This document shows positions 1 through 12,440 of a stretch of DNA of 64,000 nucleotides, piece after piece. A program made the position numbers and the translations under genes. Position 1 is the stretch's first letter. Every line of letters starts with the position of its first letter. Under the pieces are notes generated by a model that was not told the origin of the DNA, ran no database searches, and was given only the letters and a program-made list of their open reading frames with translations. Source of the DNA: Mobula hypostoma (Eukaryota); contig NC_086097.1 of the NCBI RefSeq assembly GCF_963921235.1, positions 65,100,001 to 65,164,000 of the forward strand. Direction: 5' to 3'.

Positions 1-361
1 TCCAATCATGAAAGCTATGGAACTTCAGTTGAAAATTATATTAATATAAATGTTTGTAAACTGCTTAATATTTTACAGATGTCCTTCCTCTAATCTTCCT
101 GCAATCATAAGATCAAACACGATGTATTAGTACTAAACTAAGATGTTCAGTTGTTTTGAAAAATAAGTTTGTAGCAGATTCAACACCAAAATTCTGTGTT
201 CTGTATTTACCGTCATCAAATTCCAACTTTATTCATTGACTACCTAACTTAACATCGAAAGGAACCTAATTAAGAAAATACTGCACCAGCACAATCTCAT
301 TGAAAATAGGAAGGAGTTGTTCATGAATAAAATTAGGCTCACGTCTATCCCGTACCCAGCA

Positions 362-928
362 TATTGTTGCAATTACAAAGAAGCTATTTCATTACGGGTT
401 TGAGGAGAATTGGTATGTCATCAAAGCCAATTGCAAATTTCTACAGATGTACCATGAAGAGTTTTCTAACTGGCTGCAACACCATCTGGTATGGAGGGGC
501 AACTGCACAAGATTGGAAAAAGCTGCAGGAAGTTGTAAAGTCAGCCTGCTCCATCATGGGCTCTCTAGCATCCAAGCTGCCTTCAAAAAGCGATGCGTCA
601 AAAGGTGGCATCCATTATTGACCCCTATCACCCAGGACATTGCCTATTCTCATTGCTGCCATCAAGGAGGAGGTACAGGAGTCTGACCATGCACACTCAA
701 CATTTCAGGAAGAGGTTCCTCAGATTTCTGAATGGACAGTGAACCCATGAACACTTCCTCAGTACTTTTCCCTCCATTTTTGCACTGATTTATTTTATTT
801 TTTTATGTACTGTACTTATTGTAATTTATAGTTTTTATTACTATTTATTGCAATGTTTTGCAGCAGCAAAACAATACATTTCGTAACATGTGCCATTAAT
901 ATTGAACCTGATTCTGATTCAGATTCAG
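362..928 (+). mobile_element. Rex1/Babar-like non-LTR retrotransposon, 5'-truncated and degenerate
   Basis: Translation resembles the RT C-terminus (RSYFITGLRRIGMSSKPIANFYRCTMKSFLTGCNTIWYG, related to the copies at 6.9, 11.7 and 40.2 kb); ends in a (CTGATT)n-type tail at ~908-928. Confidence 0.75.
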
Positions 929-3900
929 TGATAGATAAAAACAAATGTTTTATATCAACCTCAGGCTTAATTTCACACATACCATTTGCCTCAGACGCCA
1001 TGCAATCTTTAGCTGATATTATGTCTTCATTGTGTAAGGATTTTCAGTTATTACTCAGTGCTTACTACTGTTTGACTTTACCTTCATTTATGTATGTCTT
1101 CAAAATCCACAGAATTTACATGGCCTTGCAGCAGTGTTTTTTTAAATAATAATACTGGTTCAGTTTATTTTCAGCTACAAAGCAATTCTCAGCCTATCCT
1201 GTGGTACCTTGTTCTGATCTACATTTTATAGACAATTGGTCCACAAAAGTGTGACAATTTATTGGAAAAAACTATTCTTTATTCCTAACTTACACTTGGT
1301 TACCCAAGTTCTGCATTTTTGGACTTGTACATTATAGGAGCAGCCATTAAGAATAACTCTACACTACATTCTCATCTTGTTATAGATGTGTTCTGAAATA
1401 TTTCTTCATATATTTGTTACAGCATCGTAGTTACCTCATTTCCATGTTTAGTTTAAATGCACATTTTACATCTTTGATCCAGATGGGAAAGAGACATTTG
1501 CAATGCCTCTTTACTTCCATAGAATATATAGGAAAATTTATCCTTCATTTATCTATACCATCTTTGGCACAGTTTTTCTTCACATCTCTCTGTGGAATTA
1601 ATGTAATGAACACTGGATTTTCATTTTTTCTTCTGTTCATTCCCCACAGAGATCCTTCTTCCCTTCCTGACTATAATCTTACATTACTCACTGGCTTCCA
1701 GCCATACTTATTCAAGTGGAACAATTCATGCAGTTTTCTTGAAAACATATCAGTCTGAATAGTTATTTTTAACCACATGTCCAATATAATTAGTTAGTGT
1801 GTTCATGTAGCTCACTAGAATACTTTGCAGAAATCTCTACTCCAAGTGCTATACCCAGATTCTATCAGTGGTTTTTTTTGGTTACTAGGTTGATATCCAT
1901 GTTGCCTTCAAGCAGCTTGCATTTACATCAAGGGATCTGCCAAATCATATACCTCAGGTGGTTATCTTTTTTTTTACCATACTTTTGTTTCCTCCAACTA
2001 TACAGGAATTGTTCTACAATAATCTGTACCTTCAGAGTTGGATATTTCCTTAGACTAATTGCTTATACATTGTTCTGATTTGAATTTGTGTGGTTAGATT
2101 TTTAATGAATGGGCATGTTGAAAGTTCAAAAATACTCATTTTTTGAATCTCATTATTTGTTCATTTGCCTCAAAATAAATACGCAACTTTTACAATATAT
2201 TAATTCAGCCACAGCAAATAAAATGCTCTGTAATCCCCTCAACAAATGACACGACAAATAATTCAATAAATAACGATGCTTACTACAGAATAAGTCAAAC
2301 TTTGCAAAATGCACTGTTGGTAATCCTCATCAGAAAACATTTTGTCTATTGAACGTTATATGGAAACTTTAAACCAGTCAGCCGAACATTTATTCCCATG
2401 AAATTCCAAAAGCCTATAATTAGTGTTGGTGATCATACAACTTGAAAATTTCCGCTTGAACAGAGCAAAGCATGAAGGATTTTTAAAATCCTCATTATCT
2501 ACAGCCACATCATTCCCTGTGGGTAACCATTCCCATGCTTTATCTGCATATCACATTAGGACTAGGATTAGAGGAAATGCGAATTAAGCACACTTCACCT
2601 CATGTCAACTTGTTTCTAGCAGCCAATCCTTCCTTCTCAGCTTCTCAATAAGGAGAAGAGGAGCGATGATATTCTATCCCCCTGAGGTACTTAGCTGTAC
2701 AACTTCTGGGTGGATTGGCCCCAATTACCCTCCTTCAACATTTATCTTCCTTTTCCCAAGTTACCCACTGCAGGGAAGGAGGATGGAAGTTCAGAATGTG
2801 TGTACCTCTTTAAATTGACAGAAAATGAATATGGTGTGCCATCATAGAATACCAGAGAAATGAGTTAGATGCCCAGTGTCTAACCTCTTCTATATCTCTT
2901 CAATATTCTGTGTCTGGTAGGTAGGCAATGTTGAATACTAAAACTTTAATAGCTCAGAAGTAAATAATATGTGGCATAAAAAAGTTAAGTACAACTATTG
3001 AAATGTGACAATTAAAGTGGAGGAGGGTGTTTTAGCATTGCTTACTCAAGAGATTGTTCTAGAAATACAACTTTGAGAACACAGAGAGTGACTGGTGATT
3101 TGTGAGGTAAAACCCATCCAGTGACCTATCTGATCTGCACTGGTGAGAATGGAAAAGTTCTTGCAGCCTGACTCTGCAATCCTGGGTGGAATATTCATTG
3201 ATTAATGCCATTGTTACTGTTTTCCAGACAGCATGAATGAAAATTTATGGCAATGAATTGTTTCATCCTATTTTCAGTGATCACTGGATAGGCTTTGAAA
3301 TCTGAATGAATGAGATTATACAGTACTTTCTTCCACTTTCACTTGGAACTATACCTTCTGAACACAGAAGCTGTTTGATAATAATCATAATTCTGTATAT
3401 TCTAAGACATGCAGAGAAGTTGTTTGAGAGTGCAGTGAAAGAGGAATGTACTCTTCCACCCTTGGTTGTTCATTTCTACGTCTTTCACTAAGATGCTTTT
3501 GAAAAGGTCGTGCAGACTATATGCATGTTATCAATCTGTCATTGATTAATATGTAAATGAACAGACCCAGGAAATTTGTGTGCATCTGCCTATAGAGGAC
3601 ACCAATAAATTGAACATATTTTTAAAAAGTAATTCCAATAACTCTACTAAAGTTAAGCAAGTTAAACTTTTGAGAAAGTTAGGACTTTTAAAGCTATGAT
3701 CAATTCCAAAATATGATCAGCTTCATTGTTACAATGTCTAAACTAGAAAAAAATCGCAACTATTTCAGGCATATGTTAGTTAATTGGTTCAAATATGACT
3801 CTTATTAAATAAAATCACAATCAGAATGAAATCATCAGAAAACAAATAGCAGATAAGTTCCGATCTAAGCAAAAAAAATTGAAAATTAGCAGCTAGAACA

Positions 3901-4473
3901 AAAGTCAGCAATGAAATGATTAACAGTAAGTGAAATCAAATAAAATCACTCCAAATATTGTTTTTTCAATAAGCTAAGGAACCAATATTATTAAAAAGTT
4001 TTCAATATCATAATCACTTAAAATATTTAATTCACAAAAGCATTCAGTTACTCATCAACTTTTGAGAAAAAGCTGTCTAATGTCAATGACTTTCACAGAC
4101 ACATTTTCTCTGCCCACTTGTTGTAATGAATATTCTGTTGATAATAACAAAAATAATTACGGGACTAAGCCATCCAGCCTGTCAAGCTGGGTCTGCTATT
4201 TTCCAGAATCTATCTAATTTTTATGTTACTTGCCAGTTTTTTCTCTTATTTTGCCTCACCTTTTTATCAATTTCTTGCTGTTTGCTGAGTTCTATGATGC
4301 TTCCAATCCTCAGGTTTACTGAATCTTATGACAGCTAAAACACTCTTCTTTTGATAGAACACTGCCTTTAATTTTCTCCTGTGCAGAAACTGGTGACAAG
4401 CATATACATAACTGAACTAAAACATTTAACCATATGCTAAAAAGACTACTGACTTCAAATTTGGCATGCCCCT

Positions 4474-4995
4474 GTCAACCTTTGCCAATTGTTATTGTTG
4501 CTCCAGAGAAAGTATCCTATCTGAATGCACAATGGCTTGAGATGTGACCCCAAGAAACTGCAAAGAGTTGTAGACACAGCACAGCTTATCACAGAAACCA
4601 ACCTCCCTTCTTGGACTCTGTCTACATTTCTCACTGCCTCAGTAAAGCAGCCAGCATAATCAAAGACCCTACCCATCCCCAAACATTCTCTTTTATCCCC
4701 TCTTCCATTGGGCAAAAGATGCAATGGACGTACCACCTGGTCCAAGAACAACTTCTACCCTGCTGGTATAAGACTAGTCAATGGTTCCCTAGTACTGTAA
4801 GATGGGCTCTTGACTTCACAATCTACCTTGTTATGAGCTTGCACTTTACTGTTTACTGCACGTTCTCTGTAGCTATTACACTTTATTCTGCATTCTGTTT
4901 TGGTTTAGCTTGTTCTACCCCAGTGACCTGATCTGTATGAACAGTGCGCAAGACAAGATTTTCACTGTATCTCTGTGACAATACTAAACCATTTC
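4474..4995 (+). mobile_element. Rex1/Babar-like LINE 3' fragment
   Basis: KKLQRVVDTAQLIT...KAASIIKDPTHP motif followed by the family 3' UTR. Confidence 0.7.
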
Positions 4996-6365
4996 CAATT
5001 CAAATTGGCTCCTTTACAGGAGAAATTATAAATTAAACACATAGAGGTTCGTCAACGAGATTAGAATGCGTTGATATTGGGGCTAATGTGCAAGGCAGGA
5101 TTGAGAACCAGTTAAGAGACTAAAAGCAAAAATTGGAATAAAATAGTTTTGGAGAGGAGGAGCTGTCAGGTTGTGAAATATTGAGGCGCAGTAGGAATCA
5201 GCTGTTCACTATCTATAACCAAAAAAGGACAAAATGTAATATTCCAAAGCTGGCTGATGATTTCAGCAGATAAGCTTGCTAAATCATTTTGTGTAAATGT
5301 CTGAAGTATCCTGCAGTGTTTCTTCTGGTGGTCTCTTTGATTTTTCACCCTTTGCATGCACAATATGCACAACCTCTAATGTGCTGCTTAAGCTTGTGGT
5401 ATATTTAAACAACATCGCATTCTGAAGCAATAACTCATCAGGGTATTTTTGCCTGAATTTATGTGGCAACAGGTTGATATTCATAAAGCTTTTCTTGGAC
5501 ATTTTCTTTGCAAGGTTCCTCCTCTCACTCTCAAATTTGGAGCAAATCTAACCGGCGTAACAATTATTAGGATTGTCCACTGAGAATATTTGTAATCAAA
5601 TTAATGCTTAAAGTCTTAAGCACTGATCTCACTTTTACAATAAAAAAAATAATACATATAGCCAGCAATGAAAACTTTGTGTGGCATAAAACAGGAAACA
5701 ATTTACTTTGAGCTTTATTGAGATATATGTTGCAGGAAATAGAGAGCAATTACATACATTAGCTGAAAATAATGGATTGTTAATAATGGAAATTGGAACT
5801 CAAAATAAATATGAAAATTCTCATACTACTCTTGAGCAATGAATGTCTCTTTCATCTTTACATTGATAAACAGATTTGCTGTGGAGTTCAGTATATAAAT
5901 AGTCTCTCACCTCTAATCAGTCCAAGATGTTGCATCATCATGGTGTTCAAGAGGGAGATGTTCACAAGCTGATGAAGTCGGAGTTCCTGTACATTTGGGG
6001 CCGGAGAGTGAAGGGGTGTGAAGCCTCAGATTTCAGCTCTCAGCTCTCATTCCTTAGACAACCCTTTCAGCAATACATCCCTCTTGTATAAACTTTGAGA
6101 ATTTTTAAAAATAGTTTTGTTTACACAACTGTAAAGATTTTTTTTCAGTAAAAATGAGACATCAGTGCACAGGCAACACATAATGAGCAATAACATTGCA
6201 GATCCAAGATTGTTTAAAGTCATTTCCTGTACAGAAGTGTAAAGGAGAAGGAAATAATTGTTACTTCGTATCCGTGCAGCACAAAAAAAACAATTAGATA
6301 AGGAGCACAATAATACTAACAAAAACACAATAAATTAAATACATAAGAGAGCATATATAAATACA

Positions 6366-6583
6366 TAAAAGTTGCTGGTGAACGCAGCAGGCCAGGCAGC
6401 ATCTCTAGGAAGAGGCACAGTCGACGTTTCAGGCCGAGACCCTTCGTCTAGTCCTGATGAAGGGTCTCGGCCTGAAACGTCGACTGTGCCTCTTCTTAGA
6501 GATGCTGCCTGGCCTGCTGCGTTCACCTGCAACTTTTATGTGTGTTGCTTGAATTTCCAGCATCTGCAGAATTCCTGTTGTTT
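6366..6583 (+). mobile_element. Non-autonomous Penelope-like (pLTR-derived) palindromic element with 15-bp TSD
   Basis: Inverted arms 6363-6448 and 6456-6541 (3 mismatches), 7-nt centre; flanked by GCATATATAAATACA at 6351-6365 and 6584-6598; arms related to the termini of the Penelope remnant at 44.6 kb. Confidence 0.8.
6449..6486 (+). ncRNA. Minimal type I hammerhead ribozyme motif
   Basis: Stem I TAGTC (6449-53)/GACTG (6482-86); core CTGATGA (6454-60); stem II AGG-GTCTCGG-CCT; GAAA (6474-77); loopless palindromic stem III ACGT; GTC cleavage triplet ending at 6481. Confidence 0.75.
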
Positions 6584-6750
6584 GCATATATAAATACAGT
6601 AGATTGATTGTATGTCTATAAAGTGATACTAAGCACAGGAGTGTCTGCACATAAGGTGACTGACAGGAAATGATAAAGTAGTGCTGGTTGGGGTGTGGAG
6701 GGGTGGGTTAGTGGTTGGAGGTGTTGATCAGTCTTACTGCTTGGGGTAAG

Positions 6751-7387
6751 TCCAAAAAACAAAAAAGTTGATTGTGAATTACAGGAGGAGTGGAGGCGGG
6801 TTTGGCCCGATCAATATCAATGGGTCTGCAGTTGAGAGGGCAAGTAGTTTCAAGTTCCTCGGTATACACATCACTGATGATCTTCCCTGGACTGTAAACA
6901 CTGGCTTTGTGACAAAAAAGCACCACAGCATCTCTAACACCTCAGGCGACTGAAGAAGTTCGGCATGGGCCCCCAAACCCTCAAGACCTTCTACAGGGGC
7001 ACCATTGAAAGCATCCTGACTGACTGTATCACCGCCTGGTACGGGAACTGTACCAACCTTGATTGCTGGGCACTGCAGAGAGTAGCACGGACAGCCGAGC
7101 GCATCTGTGGATGTGAACTTCCCTCCATTGAGAAGATTTATAGCAGCAGGCTCATAAAGAAGGCCTGGACACTAGTCACCCCAACCATAAACTGTTTCAG
7201 CTGCTTCTGTCTGACAAACGGTACCGCAGCATTAAATGTACAAGTTACGAGACAGCTTCTTTCTACAAGCCATTTGTCTTTTAAATTCACATAGCTCTAC
7301 ATTGTAATGGAGTCGTAACGCAAAGATTTTTACTTCCTCAAGTTGTGGGATGGATGTAAGATTTAAATAAATTATATTCTATTCTAA
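6751..7387 (+). mobile_element. Rex1/Babar-like LINE 3' part nested in the minus-strand host
   Basis: VERASSFKFLGIHITDDLPW and TFYRGTIESILTDCITAWYGNC motifs; (ATTCT)n tail at ~7376-7386. Confidence 0.75.
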
Positions 7388-9338
7388 CTGTTTTTGAGTC
7401 TGGTGGCCCTAGTGTGGGCCTCCATAGCCTCCTCCCTAATAGGAGTGGGATAAACAGTCCATGCCTAGGGTGGGTGGGATTCTTCATGATGTTACTGGCC
7501 TTTTTGCTGGCTCCTTTTTGTATATTTGTCTTTGATGGCAGGTAGGCTGGTGCCAGTGATACATGAGGGCAGTTTTGACTACCCATTGAAGAATCTTTCT
7601 GTCTGCCACAGTGTAGTTTCCATACTATGCAGTGATGCAGCTTGTTATGATGCTCTCTACTGCATATCTGTGGAAGGATGTGAGTGTAGGTGTGCATAGT
7701 CCGGCTCTCTTCAGCCTCCTTAGAAAGTAAAAGGCATTGCTGATCTTTCCTGACTGTGAAGGGTGTGTTCTGGGACCATGAGAGGCCGTGTGAGATGTGC
7801 ACTCCTAAGAGTTTGAAACTGCAGATTCCACTGTTGTGCTGCTGAGGTAAAGAGGGGTGTGAGTGTTGTGAGTTCTTCTGAAGTCAAAAGCCATCTTTTT
7901 TGTCTTGTTGACGTTTGAGGAAGAGGTTACTTACCTGGCACCAGGCCTCGAGCTCTTTCAGCTCCTCTCTGTCGGCCATTTCAGTGTTGATGGCAGTGAG
8001 CCCCACTGCTGTCGTGTCATTGACCAACCTGACAATCTGACTACTTGGGTGTTGTGTGTGAGCAGAGTGTACAGCAATGAGCTCAGCACGCAACCCAGAG
8101 GGCACCCATGTTGAGGGTGATGGAGAAGGAGGAGTGGTTGTGCATCCTGACTATCTGAGGTCTGTTGGTTAGGAAGTCCACATTCAGTTGCACAGTGGTG
8201 TGCTTAGACCGTACACCAGGTTTTCTTCCAACGCCTTTTTGAAGGATTAGCTAATCTCTTAATTCCAGTCCAAGGAATTCTTGATTTTCATTCTTATTAC
8301 AAGAGCTGTCTGTTTACTGTGTAACCTCAAAGCTGAACCATGAAACAGATATCAATGAGTAGTTCTGTTCATCAACTATTTAAATATTAAATACTAGAGC
8401 TGTTTTGTAGAAGCAATGACTCAAGAACCAATCTTTGTTTAACTTACATTGCATTGCTTTCATATGTTTAGTAAATAACAAACTTTCAGTGAAGAAATCA
8501 AGTTTTCATAAGTGAAAAATACTTCCAATTATGAAATGTAACTTTTCATCTACAGAAAATGCACACACATGACAAAAAGGCTAAAGCCTTAACCATAAAC
8601 ATGTTTTAGGTGGGATGAAAATTACTCTGAAATTTATGAAAGTGGAGAACATATTCAAAAGCTGCTTTATAGAAACTTGACACGGCACGGGGGTACTTTT
8701 CTGTTTAGCAGATAGGATATCAAAACTAGCATATCCTGCTTTTGTTCATTATAAAATCATCAATGTGGCATTAAAATTAAACAAAGTGAAATTTAGTTTC
8801 ACAAGAAAAACTACACATCAGAATAAATACTTACTTAGAATTAGATTACATGCTCTTCACTGTAATAATTACTGCTTAAATCAATAACTGGAAAAGTACA
8901 AAAGAAGATTAAATGAAAACTGATGCACAATAAATTCATAAAGGCCAAAAAAGAGCCTTTTTTAATTTATAATTTATTATAGCTACCTCTGTGTGAAAAA
9001 ATTGAAATATATAAAAGCATTTATGAACACAAACTATGAAAAAAGCTTGAAAATCCACAATATCTGGTAATATAATCACACACTAACTTTGCATTATGAT
9101 TTGTTTTATCAATACAATATTAATCTTAGCCTCTTTTCTGACAATTCACCGGAAATTTCCTGAATTCATTTTATTACAGTTTAGGTCCTAAACCACAAAT
9201 TTATTTTGCAATATTCATTCTGCAATCTCCTTTTGAGGTTTCAGCATTGTAATTAAGTATCTTTTACTGACGAAGTGCACAGATAATTTTAAATACTATT
9301 GCAAACTGAGATTTTCTAAATTCACTAAATGTGCAGTC

Positions 9339-9657
9339 TACCATTTCCTCTAAGCTGTGGGTGTGCATGGCTGCAAGTAACTGAAATGCTCCCATGCACG
9401 TAGGCTTTGTGGTTGTGCAGCTGGAATTGGATACAGCAAGAAAAAGTTTACAAAACTTGAAATATTTTCTTTGTTGCACTGCATTTTATTATATCCTTTA
9501 ATTAATAAATAAAATCAAAAGTATGTGATTTTTCAATTTTTATTCTAAATATTCCAAGTATGCATATTACAAAAAAAAGTTTTCAGGCAGTGCAAAAGTT
9601 TCCAGCATAGAGCAATGGTTGGTCCGCGCAGATTAAAAAAATTTAGAGGGAAGGTTG
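9339..9657. mobile_element. hAT-type MITE
   Basis: 8-bp direct repeat GTGCAGTC at 9331-9338 and 9658-9665; degenerate TIRs (taccatttcctctaag / tttagagggaaggttg); no coding capacity. Confidence 0.65.
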
Positions 9658-11399
9658 GTGCAGTCCACAAAACAAAATTGTATACATCAAAGAATAGGAT
9701 TGTATGACATCATCTTTAATACATTCATCTAGTTTTGTCCCAAGTGTCAGCTGATTTCCCTGACTGATTGAACATGCACAGATGTTGCTTCTCTACAGTA
9801 TCATGTTAAGTACACAAGGCTAGAAATTTGTTCACATTATTCCCCAAAGTGTGCAGCTGAAATCAGTTACTCTGGAATATGCCAATTCTGCTCACGTTTC
9901 TGGCTCCATTACACCCACTGTCTACTGATATTTCACCAAGTTTCATTTTCTTTAGTCCTTTCCTTCCCACACAAAAACACCTTCAAACATACGTAGTTCA
10001 TCAGCTGTGAGATTTTCAAACTCACTGGTCATAAGAAAAATAGTTTTCATTTACACATAGACTGCCTTTTAAAATCACTCTTTCACTGGAAAATCTGCTT
10101 TTTAAAGGAACTGAAAATTTTGCTCTCACTGACCATTAACAGATTTCTAACTTTGCTTACTCCAGTCTGATTCACTGAGGAGATCGACAGACTACATACT
10201 CAAAGAGCAACCCAAAGAAGAACAGATACTGATGCTGGCATACAGGCATTCACCAGAAACATGTGAGTACTGTACTCATACCTCTGAGATGGTTTCTGGC
10301 TGGAGTTCTAGAAGGGCTTGGTGACCCCATACACAAAGAAACAATGATCACAGTGAGCACTGTTCTTCAACAGCCTGAGTCCCAGAAAGAGATGCCCACC
10401 CTTGGCAACACTCCCTCGTAGTCGGAAGAGTGTTGCTTGAATAGTGTTGTGTCCTTCTGAGAGCTGACTGCCAGGATCATACCAGCTATGCCGCATTGTT
10501 CCAGGAATGAGAGTTTGCAAGATATCATTGAGAACATCCAGCTGAAACCAAGAATGTCAATTTCGGCTCAGAGTTACACAGAGAACCTTGTGACTTTCGC
10601 AAACAAGATTAGAGAGACTCAAAAACATAGTTTGCATACCAAAGCAAACCAGGCATGGAGCCATTTCCAATCTGCAATGTGTACATTACCAAGGAAGAAG
10701 GAAAATAATATGGGTCATAACTAAATTCCTATAATAACTGCCAAAACGTTGAAAATAAAGTTCACTGTTGGATGAAAACAGTAGAGTTATTGGTTTTGTC
10801 AAACCCCACCCAGAAGCATTTCCCCTGCCTCCATTGACTATCCATTCTGTAAAGTGCAGTTTTAGGGCCCAGGGTGGGAGCAGAGTGCTCGTGTGTTGGG
10901 TGAGTGAGATACAGAGATGTGAGGAGCAACAGCTGTGCTGCACGTTCGGGATTGAAGTCATGTGTAATCAGCTTGGCACAGATCAGTGATAGAAGTGGCT
11001 GGGAGGAGAAATTACCCTTTTTATTCCATTTCCCCCCAGCACACAGGGTATTCGGCTTTGGTCAAAGCCATTGACCTGAGATGATTTTTTTCTCCATAGA
11101 TTCTGCTGGATCTGATGGACATTTCCAGCATTTTCAAGCTTTACTTAAGATTTTGCAATGTCAGAACGTGTTGCTTTTGTAAGTTTTTTAAAAATCTTAA
11201 TTTAACTTCAAGCATAAAACCACATCTTAATATATTTGGAGCTTTGTTTTAATTTGGGGTTTTCATAAGTCAACAAAACCCTTAACTATTTGGGGTACTG
11301 GAGCAGAATTTTAAACCATTCAAGGTAATTAAATTACATTTGATTACTATTTGAGGTGCAATAAATCGAATAAAGGTGTCAATCATTTCCAAGGAATTA

Positions 11400-12440
11400 T
11401 TTTTCAGGGCTGTGTGCTCTGTTCACTGCTGTTCACTCTGCTGACCCACGACTGTGCTGCAACACGCAGCTCGAACCATATCATCAAGTTCACCGATGAC
11501 ACGACCGTGATGAGTCTCATCAGCAAGAACGATGAGTCATCATACAGAGAGGAGGTGCAGCGGCTAAGGGACTGGTGCAGAGCCAACAACCCGTCTCTGA
11601 ATGTGAACAAAAGAGGTGTTTGTTGACTTCAGGAGGACATGGAGCGACCACTCTCTGCTGAACATCGATGACTCCTCTGTAGAGATCCTTAAGAGCACCA
11701 AATTTCTTGGTGTTCACCTGGCGGAGAATCTCACCTGGTCCCTCAACACCAGCTCCATAGCAAAGAAAGCCCAGCAGCCTCTCTACTTTCTGCGAAGGCT
11801 GAGAAAATTCCATCTCCCACCCTCCATTCTCACAACATCCTACAGAGGTTGTATTGAGAGCATCCTGAGCAGCTGCATCACTGCCTGGTTCAGAAATTGC
11901 ACCATCTCAGATTGCAAGACCCTGCAGCAGATAGTGAGGTCAGCTAAGAAGATCATCAGGGTCTCTCTTCCTGCCATTACAGACATTTACACCACATGCT
12001 GCATCCGTAAAGCAAACAGCATTATGAAGGACCCCACACACCCCTCATACAACTCTTCTCCTTCCTGCCATCTGGCAAAAGGCACCGAAGCATTCAGGCT
12101 CTCACGACCAGACTATGTAACAGTTTCTTCCCCCAAGCAATCAGACTCTTCAATACCCAGAGCCTGGACTGACAACAGCCTACTGCCCTCTACTGTGCTT
12201 ATTGTCTTGTTTATTATTTATTGTAATGCCTGCACTGTTTTGTGCACTTTATGCAGTCCTGTGTAGGTCTGTAGTCTAGTGTAGTTTTTACGTAGTTCAT
12301 GTAGTTCTTGTATTGTTGTATGTAGCACCATGGTCCTGAAAAACATCGTCTCATTTTTACTGTGTACTGTACCAGCAGTCATGGTCAAAACGACAATAAA
12401 AAGTGACAATAAAAAGTGACTTGACTTGACTTGACTTGAT
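11400..12440 (+). mobile_element. Rex1/Babar-like LINE, 5'-truncated and relatively young
   Basis: QGCVLCSLLFTLLTHDC...IIKFTDDTTV RT motifs, frameshift into the 216-aa ORF (KFLGVHLAENLTW, KAQQPLYFLRRLRK); (GACTT)n tail at ~12417-12440. Confidence 0.85.

Larger units (their letters stand above)
6200..8215 (-). mobile_element. Rex1/Babar-like LINE acting as host to two nested insertions
   Basis: Minus-strand RT remnants (IVRLVNDTTAVGL, ELEAWCQ; KASNIMKNPTHP) at 7388-8215 continue into 3' UTR sequence at 6200-6750; the junction ...ttggggtaag | taactgtttttgagtc... rejoins once the inner element is removed. Confidence 0.65.

Noticed and set aside
6335-6650. Mirror-image ORFs on both strands (VNAAGQAASL...)
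   Set aside because: Artefact of the DNA palindrome, not proteins.
11616-12266. 216-aa ORF as a host gene
   Set aside because: It is the RT C-terminal part of a Rex1-like LINE with several degenerate relatives in this window.
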